The notes under the pieces: generated by a model
What the model saw: the letters and a program-made list of their open reading frames with translations, nothing else
What the model was told of the DNA's origin: nothing
Database searches by the model: none
NCBI GenBank assembly: GCA_030390025.1
Contig: CM059431.1
Location: 100,008,001-100,072,000, forward strand
Direction: 5' to 3'
Length of the DNA: 64,000 nt
DNA from: Squalus acanthias
Lineage: Eukaryota
Shown here: positions 1 through 10,627 of the stretch, in pieces
Layout: every line of letters begins with the position of its first letter
Position numbering within the stretch: position 1 is the stretch's first letter
Made by a program: the position numbers and the translations under genes

Positions 1-290
1 CCATCTCCTTTTGCCTTGCACCATCTCTTAATGTCCCTTAATCTCTCCTGCCTTCCACCCTATCACAGACCTTCCTTTTGTTCTTTCCTCCCCTCCCCCC
101 TTTCCCTGCCCCTACATTTGCTTAAAAACCTGTTCCATCTCCAGCTTTTTCCAGTTCTGACGAAGGGTTATCGACCTGAAACGTTAACTCTGTTTCTCTC
201 TCCACAGATGCTGCCTGACCTGCTGAGTGTTTCCAGCATTTTCTGTTTTTATTTCAGATTTCCAGCATCCGCAGTATTTTGCTTTTGTAT
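1..290 (+). mobile_element. Penelope-like element terminal (pLTR) fragment
   Basis: The same sequence recurs at 51265-51505 (-), 61378-61478 (-) and 61638-61775 (+), and carries a hammerhead motif. The Penelope assignment is inferred from the motif and the inverted arrangement of copies. Confidence 0.7.
153..189 (+). ncRNA. Minimal type I hammerhead ribozyme motif
   Basis: AGTT-CTGACGA-AGGgttatcgaCCT-GAAA-CGTT-AACT: CUGANGA and GAAA core boxes, stem II, palindromic ACGT stem III, stem I AGTT/AACT. Confidence 0.7.
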
Positions 291-364
291 TAATATGTAA
301 TACTTACCTGGTTTTCTGCGTCACAAAAGTTCATATAATCAATATACTAAACAGAGAACACATT

Positions 365-1599
365 GGCCCCGACTTTGCGGGCGGGGACTCCGATCCGCCA
401 ATAAAATGCCCGCGCCAACCTGGTGATTCCGGGAGGTACGGAGACTCGCGCTCCTGGGGCTCTCCGGGTACCCGCGGGCAGAGGCCCACGTTTCTCAGGG
501 TGCAGGCGGATCGCGAGTGCCCCGAGATCAGGTGGGCCGGCCCAACAAATGACAGAAGGCGTTCCCATTCATTCTTATGGAGATTCCGTACGTCCAGAAA
601 CCCCATAAGCATGAATGGAAATACCCCCAAAAAATACACCTAGACATCAAATAAATAAAAAAAAAATCACATATTTAAAATGAATTAAAATGGCATTTAA
701 TTAAATATTTAAAACAAAAATTTTATTTTTTGATAAATAAATTGGCATGTTTTAAGGGGGCTAAAAATAAACTTACCTTATTTCACAGGTGTTTAAATGT
801 ATAAATTATTGATAAAACTTTATTTTTCTGCTTTTTTAAAACTCTTATGCTGGTGAAAGCAGGCCTTACTCCTGCTGTTACCAGGCGTAAGAATTTCACG
901 GGCATTCGCTGGGCAGAAGCCCAACTCTCCGCCCTTTTCCCGAGGATGCAGATCATCTGTCAAGAACATAAGAAATAGGAGCAGGAGTCGGCCATTCGGC
1001 CCCTCGAGCCTGCCCCGCCATTCAGTGAGATCATGGCTGATCTTCTACCTCAACTCCACTTTCCTGAACTATCCCCATATCCCTTGATTCCCTTAATATT
1101 CAAAAATCTATCGATCTCTGTCTTGAATATACTCAACGACTGAGCCTCCACAGCCCTCTGGGGTAGAGAATTCCAAAGATTCACCACCCTCTGAGTGAAG
1201 AAATTTCTCCTCATCTCAGTCCTAAATGGCCGACTCCTTATCTGAGACTGTGACCCCTGGTTCTAGACTCCCCAGCCAGGGGAAACATCCTCCCTGCATC
1301 TACCCTGTCAAGCCCTGTAAGAGTTTTGTATGTTTCAATGAGATCACCTCTCATTCTTCTAAACTCTAGAGAATATAGGCCGAGTCGACTCAATCTCTCC
1401 TCATAGGACAATCCCCCCATCCCAGGAACCAGTCTGGTGAACCTTCGTTGCACTCCCTCTATGGCAAGAAAATTCTTGACAGATCGCAAGTTCCGGGTTT
1501 TCGCGCATGCGCAGCACACGCCTACACCCAGAACTTGCGCGTCTGTCACGGGCGCATGCGCACCTCATACACACCCGTAGTGGCCGCAAAATACGGCTC
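365..1599. mobile_element. Non-autonomous Harbinger-like element interrupted by a CR1 3' fragment (964-1468, minus)
   Basis: Imperfect TIRs GGCCCCGACTTTGCGG / CCGCAAAATACGGCTC, with ATT duplicated on both sides (362-364, 1600-1602). A related copy in opposite orientation lies at 50038-50755. Confidence 0.7.
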
Positions 1600-1764
1600 A
1601 TTAGTTTGCATATTACATGTAAGATGATCCTATCAATAGAAAGCATTATTACAAATACATGAAAAATGCATTACTTTTGAAGATGTAATTTTTGAAATAA
1701 AGAATTGCTTACACTTATAATCAACTGATTATGACTATATAAGGAAGTATACTGAAAGGAATGA

Positions 1765-1975
1765 AAGAAAGACTTGCATTTCTATAGCGCCTTTCACGAC
1801 CTCAGGACGTCCCAAAGCGCTTTACAGCCAATGAAGTACTTTTTGAAGTGTAGTCACTGTTGTAATGTAGGAAACGCAGCAGCCAATTTGCTCACAGCAA
1901 GCTCCCACAAACAGCAATGTGATAATGAGCAGATCATCTGTTTTAGTGATGTTAGTTGAGGGATAAATATTGGCT
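1765..1975 (-). mobile_element. Deu-domain SINE 3' fragment (SacSINE1/AmnSINE1-like)
   Basis: Reverse complement of the SINE body at 47820-48325. A similar copy lies at 59275-59570. Confidence 0.75.
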
Positions 1976-2478
1976 AAATACTGGATATATATTTAAGTCA
2001 TCAGATGAAGTATAGTAATAACATATTGATTTGTAAACATATAAATATTCCCTCTTTTCACTTTGGCCTTATGCACCAATTATGCATTTTGTTGTTTAAA
2101 AAAGACAGATTTTTTAAAAGAGCTGATTATTAATTTTACAAAATGATTTTGCCTTATTTTCTTTTTTTAAATCTGTTGAGGCTGGGGGTCAATTGAAAAT
2201 TTCAAAACTGAGATTGAGAGATTTTTGTTAGACAAGGGTATTAAGGGATACTGAACCAAGGTGGGTCAATAGAGTTAAGATACAGATCAGCCGTGATCTC
2301 ATTGAATGGTGGAACAGGCTCGAGGGGCTGAGTGGCCTCCTGTTCTTATGTTCCTCAAACATTACCCTAAGCTATGCGCTATTCCCCAACTGAAAGGTAA
2401 GGCAAATGATAACCTCGCACAATATAACTACGTATCGGTAACGGATAGAGAGAGGAGTCTGCAATAGTGTTTCGACAT

Positions 2479-2503
2479 TCTCTCTCTCTCTCTCTCTCTC
2501 TCT
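2479..2503. repeat. (CT)n microsatellite
   Basis: Seen directly. Confidence 0.9.
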
Positions 2504-3997
2504 GTAGGGGAACAGCTTATCTGTGCTTGGAGCCTCTCTGATGACTGGTTGGCATTACGCACTTGTCAAAATGCAAAAACACTGTTGCTCTAATTTTTTT
2601 TGTGCTGCACTTCTGCATCCAATAAAAAAACGGAAAACTGAAGCCAGCGAAGTGGTTTCATGGCAGCACATCAGAGGACAGTGCTTCCTACATTACAACA
2701 GTGACTGCACTTCACAAAGTACTTGATTGGCTTTAAAGCGCTTTGGGACGTCCCGAGATGCTATATAAAGGCAGGCCTTTCTTTCCATTTTTCTTTAGTT
2801 CTCCTTGCTGAGCCAGTGTTCTGTGGGATGGTTTTATTGCAACAGCTGAAAACTTGTGATTTGTTGCTTAACTGGCTGATTCTGCATCAGAGTGGCGACA
2901 TGTGGCACTTTTTACTGGCCTCCTTCCCCCTTTCAACAAGCAGATTATGATTCAACAAACGTTAGCGAGAATGTCATTGATCAGTGCCAGCTAGGCACAT
3001 CAGGCGGGACAATCATTATGCAGCACGCTTTGAATTATTTCACACAGAGGGTTGTTACGGTCTGGAACGCACTACCTGAAAGGCTGGTGGAATCAGATTC
3101 CACAGGAACTTTCAAAAGGGCAATTTGACCTGTTACTGGAAGAGGACTAATTTGCAGGGCTCTGGGGAAAGAGCAGGGAGGAGTGGGACTAATTGGAGAG
3201 CTCTTTCAAAGAGCCGGCACAGGCACGATGGTCCGAATGGCCTCCTTCTGTGCTGTGTCATTCTATTCTATGATTTAACATAACAGTCATACTTTCCATT
3301 ATGCATAGGCCCTACAACAACAACAACTTGCATTTATATAGCACCTTTAACGTAGTAAAACGTCCCAAGGCGCTTCACGGGACTGTTACCGGGCAAAAGT
3401 TGACACCGAGCCACAAAAAGAGAGATTAGGACAGGTAATCAGAAGCTTGGTCAAAGAGGTCAGTTTTAAGGAGTGTCTTAAAGGCGGAGAGAGAGGCGGA
3501 GTGGTTTAGGGAGGGAATTCCAGAGCTCGGGGCCCAGGCAGCTGAAGGCACGGCCACCAATGGAGGGGATGCTCAAGAGGCCAGAATTAGAGGAGCGCAG
3601 AGATCTCGGAGGGTTGTGGGGCTGGAGGAGGTTACAGAGATAGGGAGGGGCGAGGCCATGGAGGGATTTGAACACAAGGATGCGAATTTTATAATCGAGG
3701 CATTGCTTAACCGGGAGCCAGTGTAGGTCAGCGAGCACAGGGGTGATGGGTGAACGGGACTTGCGGGCAGTAGAGTTTTGGATGAGTTCAAGTTGACGGA
3801 TGGTGGAAGGTGGGGCAGCGATGGGCTATATTACCAAGGTGGAAGTAGGCAGTCTGGGTGATGGAGAGGATATGGGCTTGAAAGCCCAGCTCAATATCAG
3901 AGTGGACGCTGAGGATGCGAACAGTCTGGTTCAGCCTCAGACAGTGGCCAGGGAGAAGGATGGAGTCGGTGGCTAGGTGGCGGGGACCGAAGACAAT

Positions 3998-6464
3998 GGG
4001 CAGAATTTTCATTGACCCGTGGAGGCGGGATTGGAGGCGTGTGGGGGGTTAAAATTGCGAAAATTGGCGGGTGGGCACAAGCCCGCCTCCATCCCGCCTC
4101 TACGCAATTTTCATTAAATCGTGTCTGCTGGTCCCGACTCCGTCCCGCCTCTAAGAGGCAGGATAGGCTGTTAAGGCCCTTAACAAGCACTAAATTGCCT
4201 CTATAATGCCATTTTGAAAGGCCTTTGTGATTTTAATCCTTTTTCTACGTGAAGCACGCCTCTTCTGAACCACGAATGTGAAACCTGGTGGGAGCACATC
4301 TGGCTGGCTGGCAGTCAGATACGGGGGAATATATAACGGGAAATAAGGAAATGGCAGACCAACTAAATGCATACTTTGGGTCAGTCTTTACGAAGGAAGA
4401 CACAAAAAACCTCCCTGGGATATCGGGAAAAATAGGGACATTTGCAAAGGAGGAACTGACGCAAATCAATATCTCTAAGGATATGGTGTTAAGGAAGCTA
4501 AAGGGATTGAAGGCGGACAAATCCCCAGGGCCTGATAACATGCATCCTAGGGTGCTGAAGGAGGTGGCCCTAGAGATAGCGGATGCACTAAGTATGATTT
4601 TTCAGAATTCATTAGACTCGGGAACAGTGCCCATGGATTGGAGGGTAGCTAACGTTACCCCACTATTCAAAAAGGGGGGTAGGGAAAAAGCAGGTAATTA
4701 CAGACCTGTAAGCCTTACATCAGTTGTGGGCAAAATGCTGGAGTCCATCATTAAGGATGAAATAGCGGAGCACTTAGCAAATGGGGACAGGATAGGACAG
4801 AGTCAACATGGATTTACAAAGGGTAAATCGTGCTTGACTAATCTATTGGAATTTTTTGAGGGAGTAACTGGTAAAATAGATGGGGGAGAGCCAGTAGATG
4901 TGGTGTACCTGGACTTCCAAAAGGCCTTCGATAAGGTCCCACATAAAAGATTAGCAGGGAAAATTGAAGCTCATGGGATAAAGGGGAAAGTATTGACGTG
5001 GATAGAGAACTGGCTGTCAGATAGAAAACAGAGAGTTGGAATAAACGGCTCATTTTCTGAATGGCAGGCAGTAACAAGTGGGGTACCGCAGGGATCTGTC
5101 CTGGGTCCCCAGCTGTTCACAATTTACATTAATGACCTGGATCAGGGAGTCGGATGCAGCATTTCCAAATTTGCAGACGACACTAAACTAGGAGGGGGGG
5201 TGGGCTCAGAGGAGGAGACCAGGAAGCTCCAGAGCGATTTGGACAGACTGGGTGATTGGGCGGATAAATGGCAGATGCACTATAATGTGGACAAGTGCGA
5301 AGTTATCCACCTTGGGTGCAGGAACGGGAGGGCAAATTATTATTTAAATGGCAATAAATTGGGAGAGGGGGAAGTACAGAGAGACCTGGGTGTTCTTGTA
5401 CACCAGTCACTGAAGGCGAGCATGCAGGTGCAACAGGCGGTCAAGAAGGCAAACGGTATGCTGGCCTTCATAGCAAAAGGGTTGGAATACAGGAACAGGG
5501 ATACCTTGCTGCAGCTGTACAGGGCACTGGTGAGACCACACCTCGAGTACTGTGTACAGTTTTGGTCGCCTCATCTGAGGAAAGATGTTCTTGCCATGGA
5601 GGGGGTGCAGCGGCGATTCACCAGGCTGATACCAGGAATGGCGGGATTGACCTATGAGGAGAGACTATGTAGTTTAGGGATGTACACACTGGAGTTTAGA
5701 AGATTGAGAGGGGACCTCATAGAAGTGTATAAAATTCTGACAGGTCTAGACAGACTAGATGCAGAAGGAATGTTTCCCTTGGCGGGTGAGAACAGAACTA
5801 GAGGACATAATTTAAGGATAAGGGCTAAACCATTTAGGACAGAAATGAGGGGGAATTTCTTCACTCAGAGGGTGGTGAACCTGTGGAACTCATTGCCACA
5901 GAGGGCAGTGTACGCCAGCTCATTAAATATATTTAAGAGGGAATTAGATATATTTCTACAGGCAAAAGGGGTTAAGGGTTACGGAGAGAAGGCGGGGACG
6001 GGATACTGAATTGGAGGATCAGCCATGATCTCATTAAATGGCGGAGCAGGCTCGAAGGGCCGGATGGCCTACTCCTGCTCCTATCTTCTATGTATGTATC
6101 TATGTATCTATGTATATCTGGATGGATGGGGAGGAGACATATCTGGGAGTGGTGGTGCAAGGGAGACATATCTGGGAGTGGTGGTGTAAAAATATCTGGG
6201 AGCAGACTTAGGGCTGCTGCTGCTCATTTTGCATCCAGGTCCTCTCACATCAAAGGCCAGGCAGTCTCTGAAGACCTTCAATGCAGCAGCAATGATCACA
6301 TCATCAGAGGCGACTTTCAGACTGAAAACACTAATTGGTTCATGGGTTCCCACATGCTGGAACTCAATTGCCCAATTAGGTGAAAATTGCATCAATCTCC
6401 CACATCCAACTGCAGTCGGGTGGATAACACGACCCCAACCCGCCCCAGTATCAAAATCCAGCCC
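3998..6464. mobile_element. Non-autonomous Harbinger-like element containing a CR1 insertion
   Basis: Ends GGGCAGAATTTT / AAAATCCAGCCC. 3-bp target duplication AAT/AAC inside the L2 frame. Confidence 0.75.
4310..6115 (+). mobile_element. Young 5'-truncated CR1 LINE with an uninterrupted reverse-transcriptase ORF (track ORF 4288..6009)
   Basis: RT motifs KSPGPD, NYRPVSLTS, YLDFQKAFDKVPH, GVPQGSVLGP, FADD. No endonuclease domain. 3' UTR ends in a (CTATGTAT)n tail. Confidence 0.95.
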
Positions 6465-6672
6465 AACGGCTTCAGTCTTCCCAATATTTAATTGTAGGAA
6501 ATTTCTGCTCATCCAGCACTGGATGTCGTGATTTGTTTCTACTGAACTAAGAGTCAGGTCAGTCAACAAATTGGCCAATTGTGTTTCTTTTTAGCAGTTC
6601 TTTCCACGAATAATAATTTCATCCATCAAATAAAACTAAATAAATTCTGATTTTGTTTACAATTGACCCTTA

Positions 6673-7001
6673 AGAACATAAGAAATAGGAGCAGGAGTCG
6701 GCCATTCGGCCCCTCGAGCCTGCTCCACCATTCAGTAAGATCATGGCTGATCTTCAACCTCAACTCCATTCACTGGCCCTATCCCCATATCCCTCGATTA
6801 CCCTGTAGTCCAGAAATCTATCGATCTCAGTCTTGAATATACTCAACGACTGAGCCTCCACAGCTCTCTGGGGTAGAGAATTCCAAAGATCCACAACCCT
6901 CCGAGTGAAGAAATTTCTCCTCATCTCAGTCCTAAATGGCCGACCCCTTATCCTGAGACTGTGACCCCCCCCCACCTAGTTCTAGACACTCCAGCCAGGG
7001 G
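6673..7001 (-). mobile_element. CR1 LINE 3' fragment
   Basis: Peptide GHSLRIRGRPFRTEMRRNFFT plus 3' UTR. GACCCTTAA is repeated at both junctions. Confidence 0.9.
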
Positions 7002-8201
7002 ACCCTTAATTTCCTTAGACTAACTTCCTTTCACTAATTTTGTTTTTGGAGGTTTTACTGCAGCGGTTCAAGTAGGCGGCTCACCACCACCTTCTCAGGG
7101 GCAACTAGGGATGGGCAATAAATGCCGGTCTTGCCAGCAACGCCCACATCCTGAGAACGAATAAAAGGAAAACATTGGACCAGACTCATTAGCAAAGGTC
7201 AATTGGTTGATTTTCCGTTATTGAGGTGTAATGAATTCACTTAATTTGCCTCTAGCTGGCTTCTTTTACCACCAGCAATAAATTACCAGACAGTAATTTA
7301 CCATGCCATTGCATTTTAGTGCCAGAAACGTTTTGCTGTCTCCACGCGGTATGCTTTCTCCCGCTTTGATTTGTGACATTGTTGTTAGTGCATCAGGAGT
7401 CACATTAAGGACTCATCCACCCTAATCCTCACCCCTTTGAATAAGCAGGGAAGTCCCTACGCTTCGAACACTAATAACAGCATGCAGCCTTAACTATTAA
7501 TAAATTCTGCATCGCAAAAGTATTTTCATAATATTTTTAAATCAATTGCTTCAGTACTTAACTCCAAATGGTATTCAAAATCTCACGTAACTTTTAACAA
7601 GCTGAATGGGAACACTAACCACTTATTTTAAATACATGTTAGAAAGACTATTCAAATGTTGAAGATAATGGGACAATCCTAACCATCGATTGGCTGAATA
7701 CTGTAGCAATAAGATCCCATCGATCATGTAACAATTCTTGTCTCTATCAATTATCTGTATCAATGGGTAACTAATTAAGAAGACGGATTCACGACATTTA
7801 CTTGAGAACAGATAGAGCTGTTTAAGATAGTTTCACTCTCTCTCCGCTGAAGCACAATCAGTAGTCAAGCATCCAAAGTCATCCTGGCTCATATCAGGTT
7901 TAAATTAGAACATTGCCGATCTAGCTAGCACTCAAACAAGTGATGTAAAGAGACATCGGTTCATTTTTAATCGTGATTTCTGGTACAAATTCACAATGGG
8001 CATAACTCTTTCTTTTAAAGCAAGCGATAGGTGAATTTCTGTTATTTTGGCCTGGTTTACTTTTATAATTCTCTTACCTGTAGCGCTGTCACTTTACGGC
8101 AATTGAAATTATTTCCTGGGACTTACGATCCTATTAAACAAGAGTCTAACAGATGCCGACACTAACAGATAATAAAACGCTGGCAAGAGTGCTGTACTCA
8201 C

Positions 8202-8281
8202 CTTGTAGACTGCAGCAAGCTTTGAGAAACAAACACCACAATTAGCAAAACTATGGAATTCACCAGGACGTCTGCGTGCAT
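8202..8281 (-). CDS. ITGBL1: Signal-peptide first exon (MHADVLVNSIVLLIVVFVSQSLLQST-), probably ITGBL1 exon 1
   Basis: ATG in AAACATGC context, hydrophobic signal-like core, phase-2 donor AG|GTGAGT, inside a repeat-free island (~7200-8800). The name rests on the known head-to-head NALCN/ITGBL1 synteny. No Cys-rich EGF exon was seen in the window. Confidence 0.6.
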
Positions 8282-8800
8282 GTTTAAGCTGAAGGTGACA
8301 AAATTAAGCTTTGAACGCCCGCAGGCTTCTCGGACATTCTGCAACGGGCAGGCAACAAAACTGAAGCTGATTCCAGACTAGCCAAGACCGCCTTAAATCT
8401 TTATTGGCCTACTGCACTACTCCTACAAGTGTATCTGATTAGCTTCGGCCGTGTGGAAGCGAGCTAGGCGGGATGCTAGTGCCAAAAGAACCAAATTCCA
8501 GAGACGGAGGGAGGGTAATTAGAAACACTTGTCGAGCCAGATGGTTCATTGCTTGCAGTCAGCGAGTCCAGGATTCATCAGAACTGTGGAAAAATCGGCT
8601 TTCCGTTTTGTTTACAACTTGTCTACGGAAAATGTACGTCGCTGCTAACTTTTGTATTAATCGTTGAAAACGTAACTGATTGCTGTTACATTGCAACCGG
8701 TGCCCCGTACCCGCGCCCTACAAGATCCGCTCAGAGTCCCCGCACCACCCCCGCCCGCCCACCACACCCTTGTGGCAAAATGGCTGCCTGCAAAAATGGG
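8282..8800 (-). promoter_or_regulatory. Putative 5' UTR/promoter of the minus-strand gene
   Basis: Unique, CpG-containing sequence just upstream of the ATG exon, with ATTGG (CCAAT) near 8403 and GC-box-like CCCGCCC near 8750. Confidence 0.35.
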
Positions 8801-8821
8801 ATGGAACTCTCGCGGGACTGA

Positions 8822-9630
8822 GATGGGCTGATTCGTGACAATGTAACATTCGCGCCAAACAAGTGCCAGGCAATGACTATCTCCAACAAGCGAGAGTCTA
8901 ACCAACGCTCCTTGACATTCAACAGCATTACCATCGCCAAATCCCCCACCATCAACATCCTGCGGGGTCACCATTGACCAGAAATTTAACTGGACCAGCC
9001 ACATAAATACTGTGGCTACAAGAGCAGGTCAGAGGCTGGGTATTCTGCAGGCGAGTGTCTCACCTCCTGACTCCCCAAAGCCTTTCCACCATCTACAAGG
9101 CACAAGTCAGGACTGTGATGGAATACTCTCACTTGCCTGGATGAGTGCAGCTCCAACAACACTCAAGAAGCTCGACACCATCCAGGACAAAGCAGCCCGC
9201 TTGACTGGCACCCTATCTACCACCTTAAACATTCACTCCCTCCACCACCAGTGCACCGTGGCTGCAGTGTGTACCATCTACAAGATGCACTTCAGCAACT
9301 CGCCAAGGCTTCTTCGGCAGCACCTCCCAAACTCGCGACCTTTACCATCTGGAAGGACAAGGGTAGCAGGCGCATGGGAACACCACCACCTCCAAGTTCC
9401 CCTCTAAGTTACACCATCCTGACTTGGAAGTATATCGGCCGTTCCTTCATCATCGCTGGGTCAAAATCCTGGAACTCCCTCCCTAACAGCACTGTGGGAG
9501 CACCTTCACCACACGGACTGCAGCAGTTCAAGAAGGCGGCTCACCATCACCTTCGCAAGGGCAATTAGGGATGGGCAATAAATGCTGGTCTTGCCAGCGA
9601 CGCCCACATCCCACAAACGAATTAAAAAAA
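8822..9630 (+). mobile_element. LINE 3' fragment of a different CR1/L2-group family (Crack-like)
   Basis: Frameshifted RT C-terminus (FAPNKCQAMTISNKRES..., GVTIDQKFNWTSHIN, KKLDTIQDKAARL) ending in an A-rich tail. Other copies at 7060-7170 (+), 9900-10065 (+) and 58265-58685 (-). Confidence 0.8.
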
Positions 9631-10104
9631 AGATTCGCCCCAAATTGCATTCACCACCAGCCAAGTTTCCCACTTTCCGCCCTTGTCGATGGGCAGGAAT
9701 TTCAGCACCTGAGAGGTCAGAACAGTCAGCAGGTAGCAGGTATGCTGCCTTCATCCCTGAGCAGTAAAGTCAATAACCGCTAAGAAATCTATGGTGTTAC
9801 GCACCAGCCTCTATTCTATCTGGGTGGCCACGCAAACCTCTACTCTTGTAAGGCTTGTGTGTTCATTGTCCAGTATGCTCTTCTCCTTACAACACTTGCA
9901 TGTTCCCCTCCAAGTCATAAGACATCCTGATTTGGACATACCCTGCTGTTCCTTCATTGTTGCTCAGTCAAAATCCTGTAATTTCCTACCCAACATCATT
10001 ATGGGAGCCCAGTCACCACAAAGACTGCAGCAGTTCTAGGATTGTCCCACCACCACCTCCTCAGCGCAAAGGGACAGAGACAGATTGACAGACACAAGCC
10101 AGAT

Positions 10105-10566
10105 ACCGGGGCTAAAAGGGTTAAATTATGAGGACAGGTTGCACGACTGGGCTTGTATTCCCTCGAGTGTAGAAGATTAAGGGGTGATCTAATTGAGGTG
10201 CTTATGAAGATTAAAGGATTCAAATAGGGTAGATCGAGAGAAACTATTTCCTCTGGTGGGGGGAGTCCTGAACAAGGGGGAATCACCTTAAAATTAGAGA
10301 CAGACCGTTCAGGGGTGATGTCAGGAAGCACTTCTTCACACAAAGGGTGGTGGAAATCTGGAACTCTCTCCCCCAAAAACCTGTTGAGCCTGGGGGTCAA
10401 CTGAAAATTTCAAAACTGAGATTGATAAGACTTTTGTTCAGCGAGGGTATTAAGGGTTACGGAACCAAGGTGGGTAGATGGAGTTAAGATTCAGATCAGC
10501 CGTGATCTCATTGAATGGCGGAACAGCCCGAGGGGCTGAATGGCCTCCTCCTGTCCCTATGTTCCT
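10105..10566 (+). mobile_element. CR1 LINE 3' fragment abutting the 33-bp array
   Basis: LYSLECRRLRGDLIEV and [14 protein letters not shown] motifs plus 3' UTR. A related piece lies at 2180-2352. Confidence 0.9.
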
Positions 10567-10627
10567 GCATGTCCAGGAAACAATCACAGAATACTGAATT
10601 CAATGCTTGCAGATATCTTTTCGAAGC

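Larger units (their letters stand above)
3315..6530 (-). mobile_element. L2-type LINE 3' fragment split by nested insertions (3315-3997 and 6465-6530)
   Basis: Minus-strand peptides WMSRNFLQLNIGKTEA / IVFGPRH.. / LADLHWLPVKQCLDYKI join across the insertion. (GTT)n tail. Confidence 0.85.

Noticed and set aside
308..346. Possible 39-nt minus-strand exon with a strong donor (CAG|GTAAGTA; YIDYMNFCDAENQ in phase 0)
   Set aside because: Phase is incompatible with the upstream exon and I recognise no similarity. It would need RNA-seq support.
4288..6009. Host gene, retron or other stand-alone reverse transcriptase
   Set aside because: It is the 3' part of CR1 ORF2 with the CR1 3' UTR and tail. The ORF start lies in the flanking host element.
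8078..8130. Small second minus-strand exon ending in CAG|GTAAG
   Set aside because: Splicing from the phase-2 donor at 8202 to any nearby AG gives an in-frame TAA, so it cannot be supported as coding.
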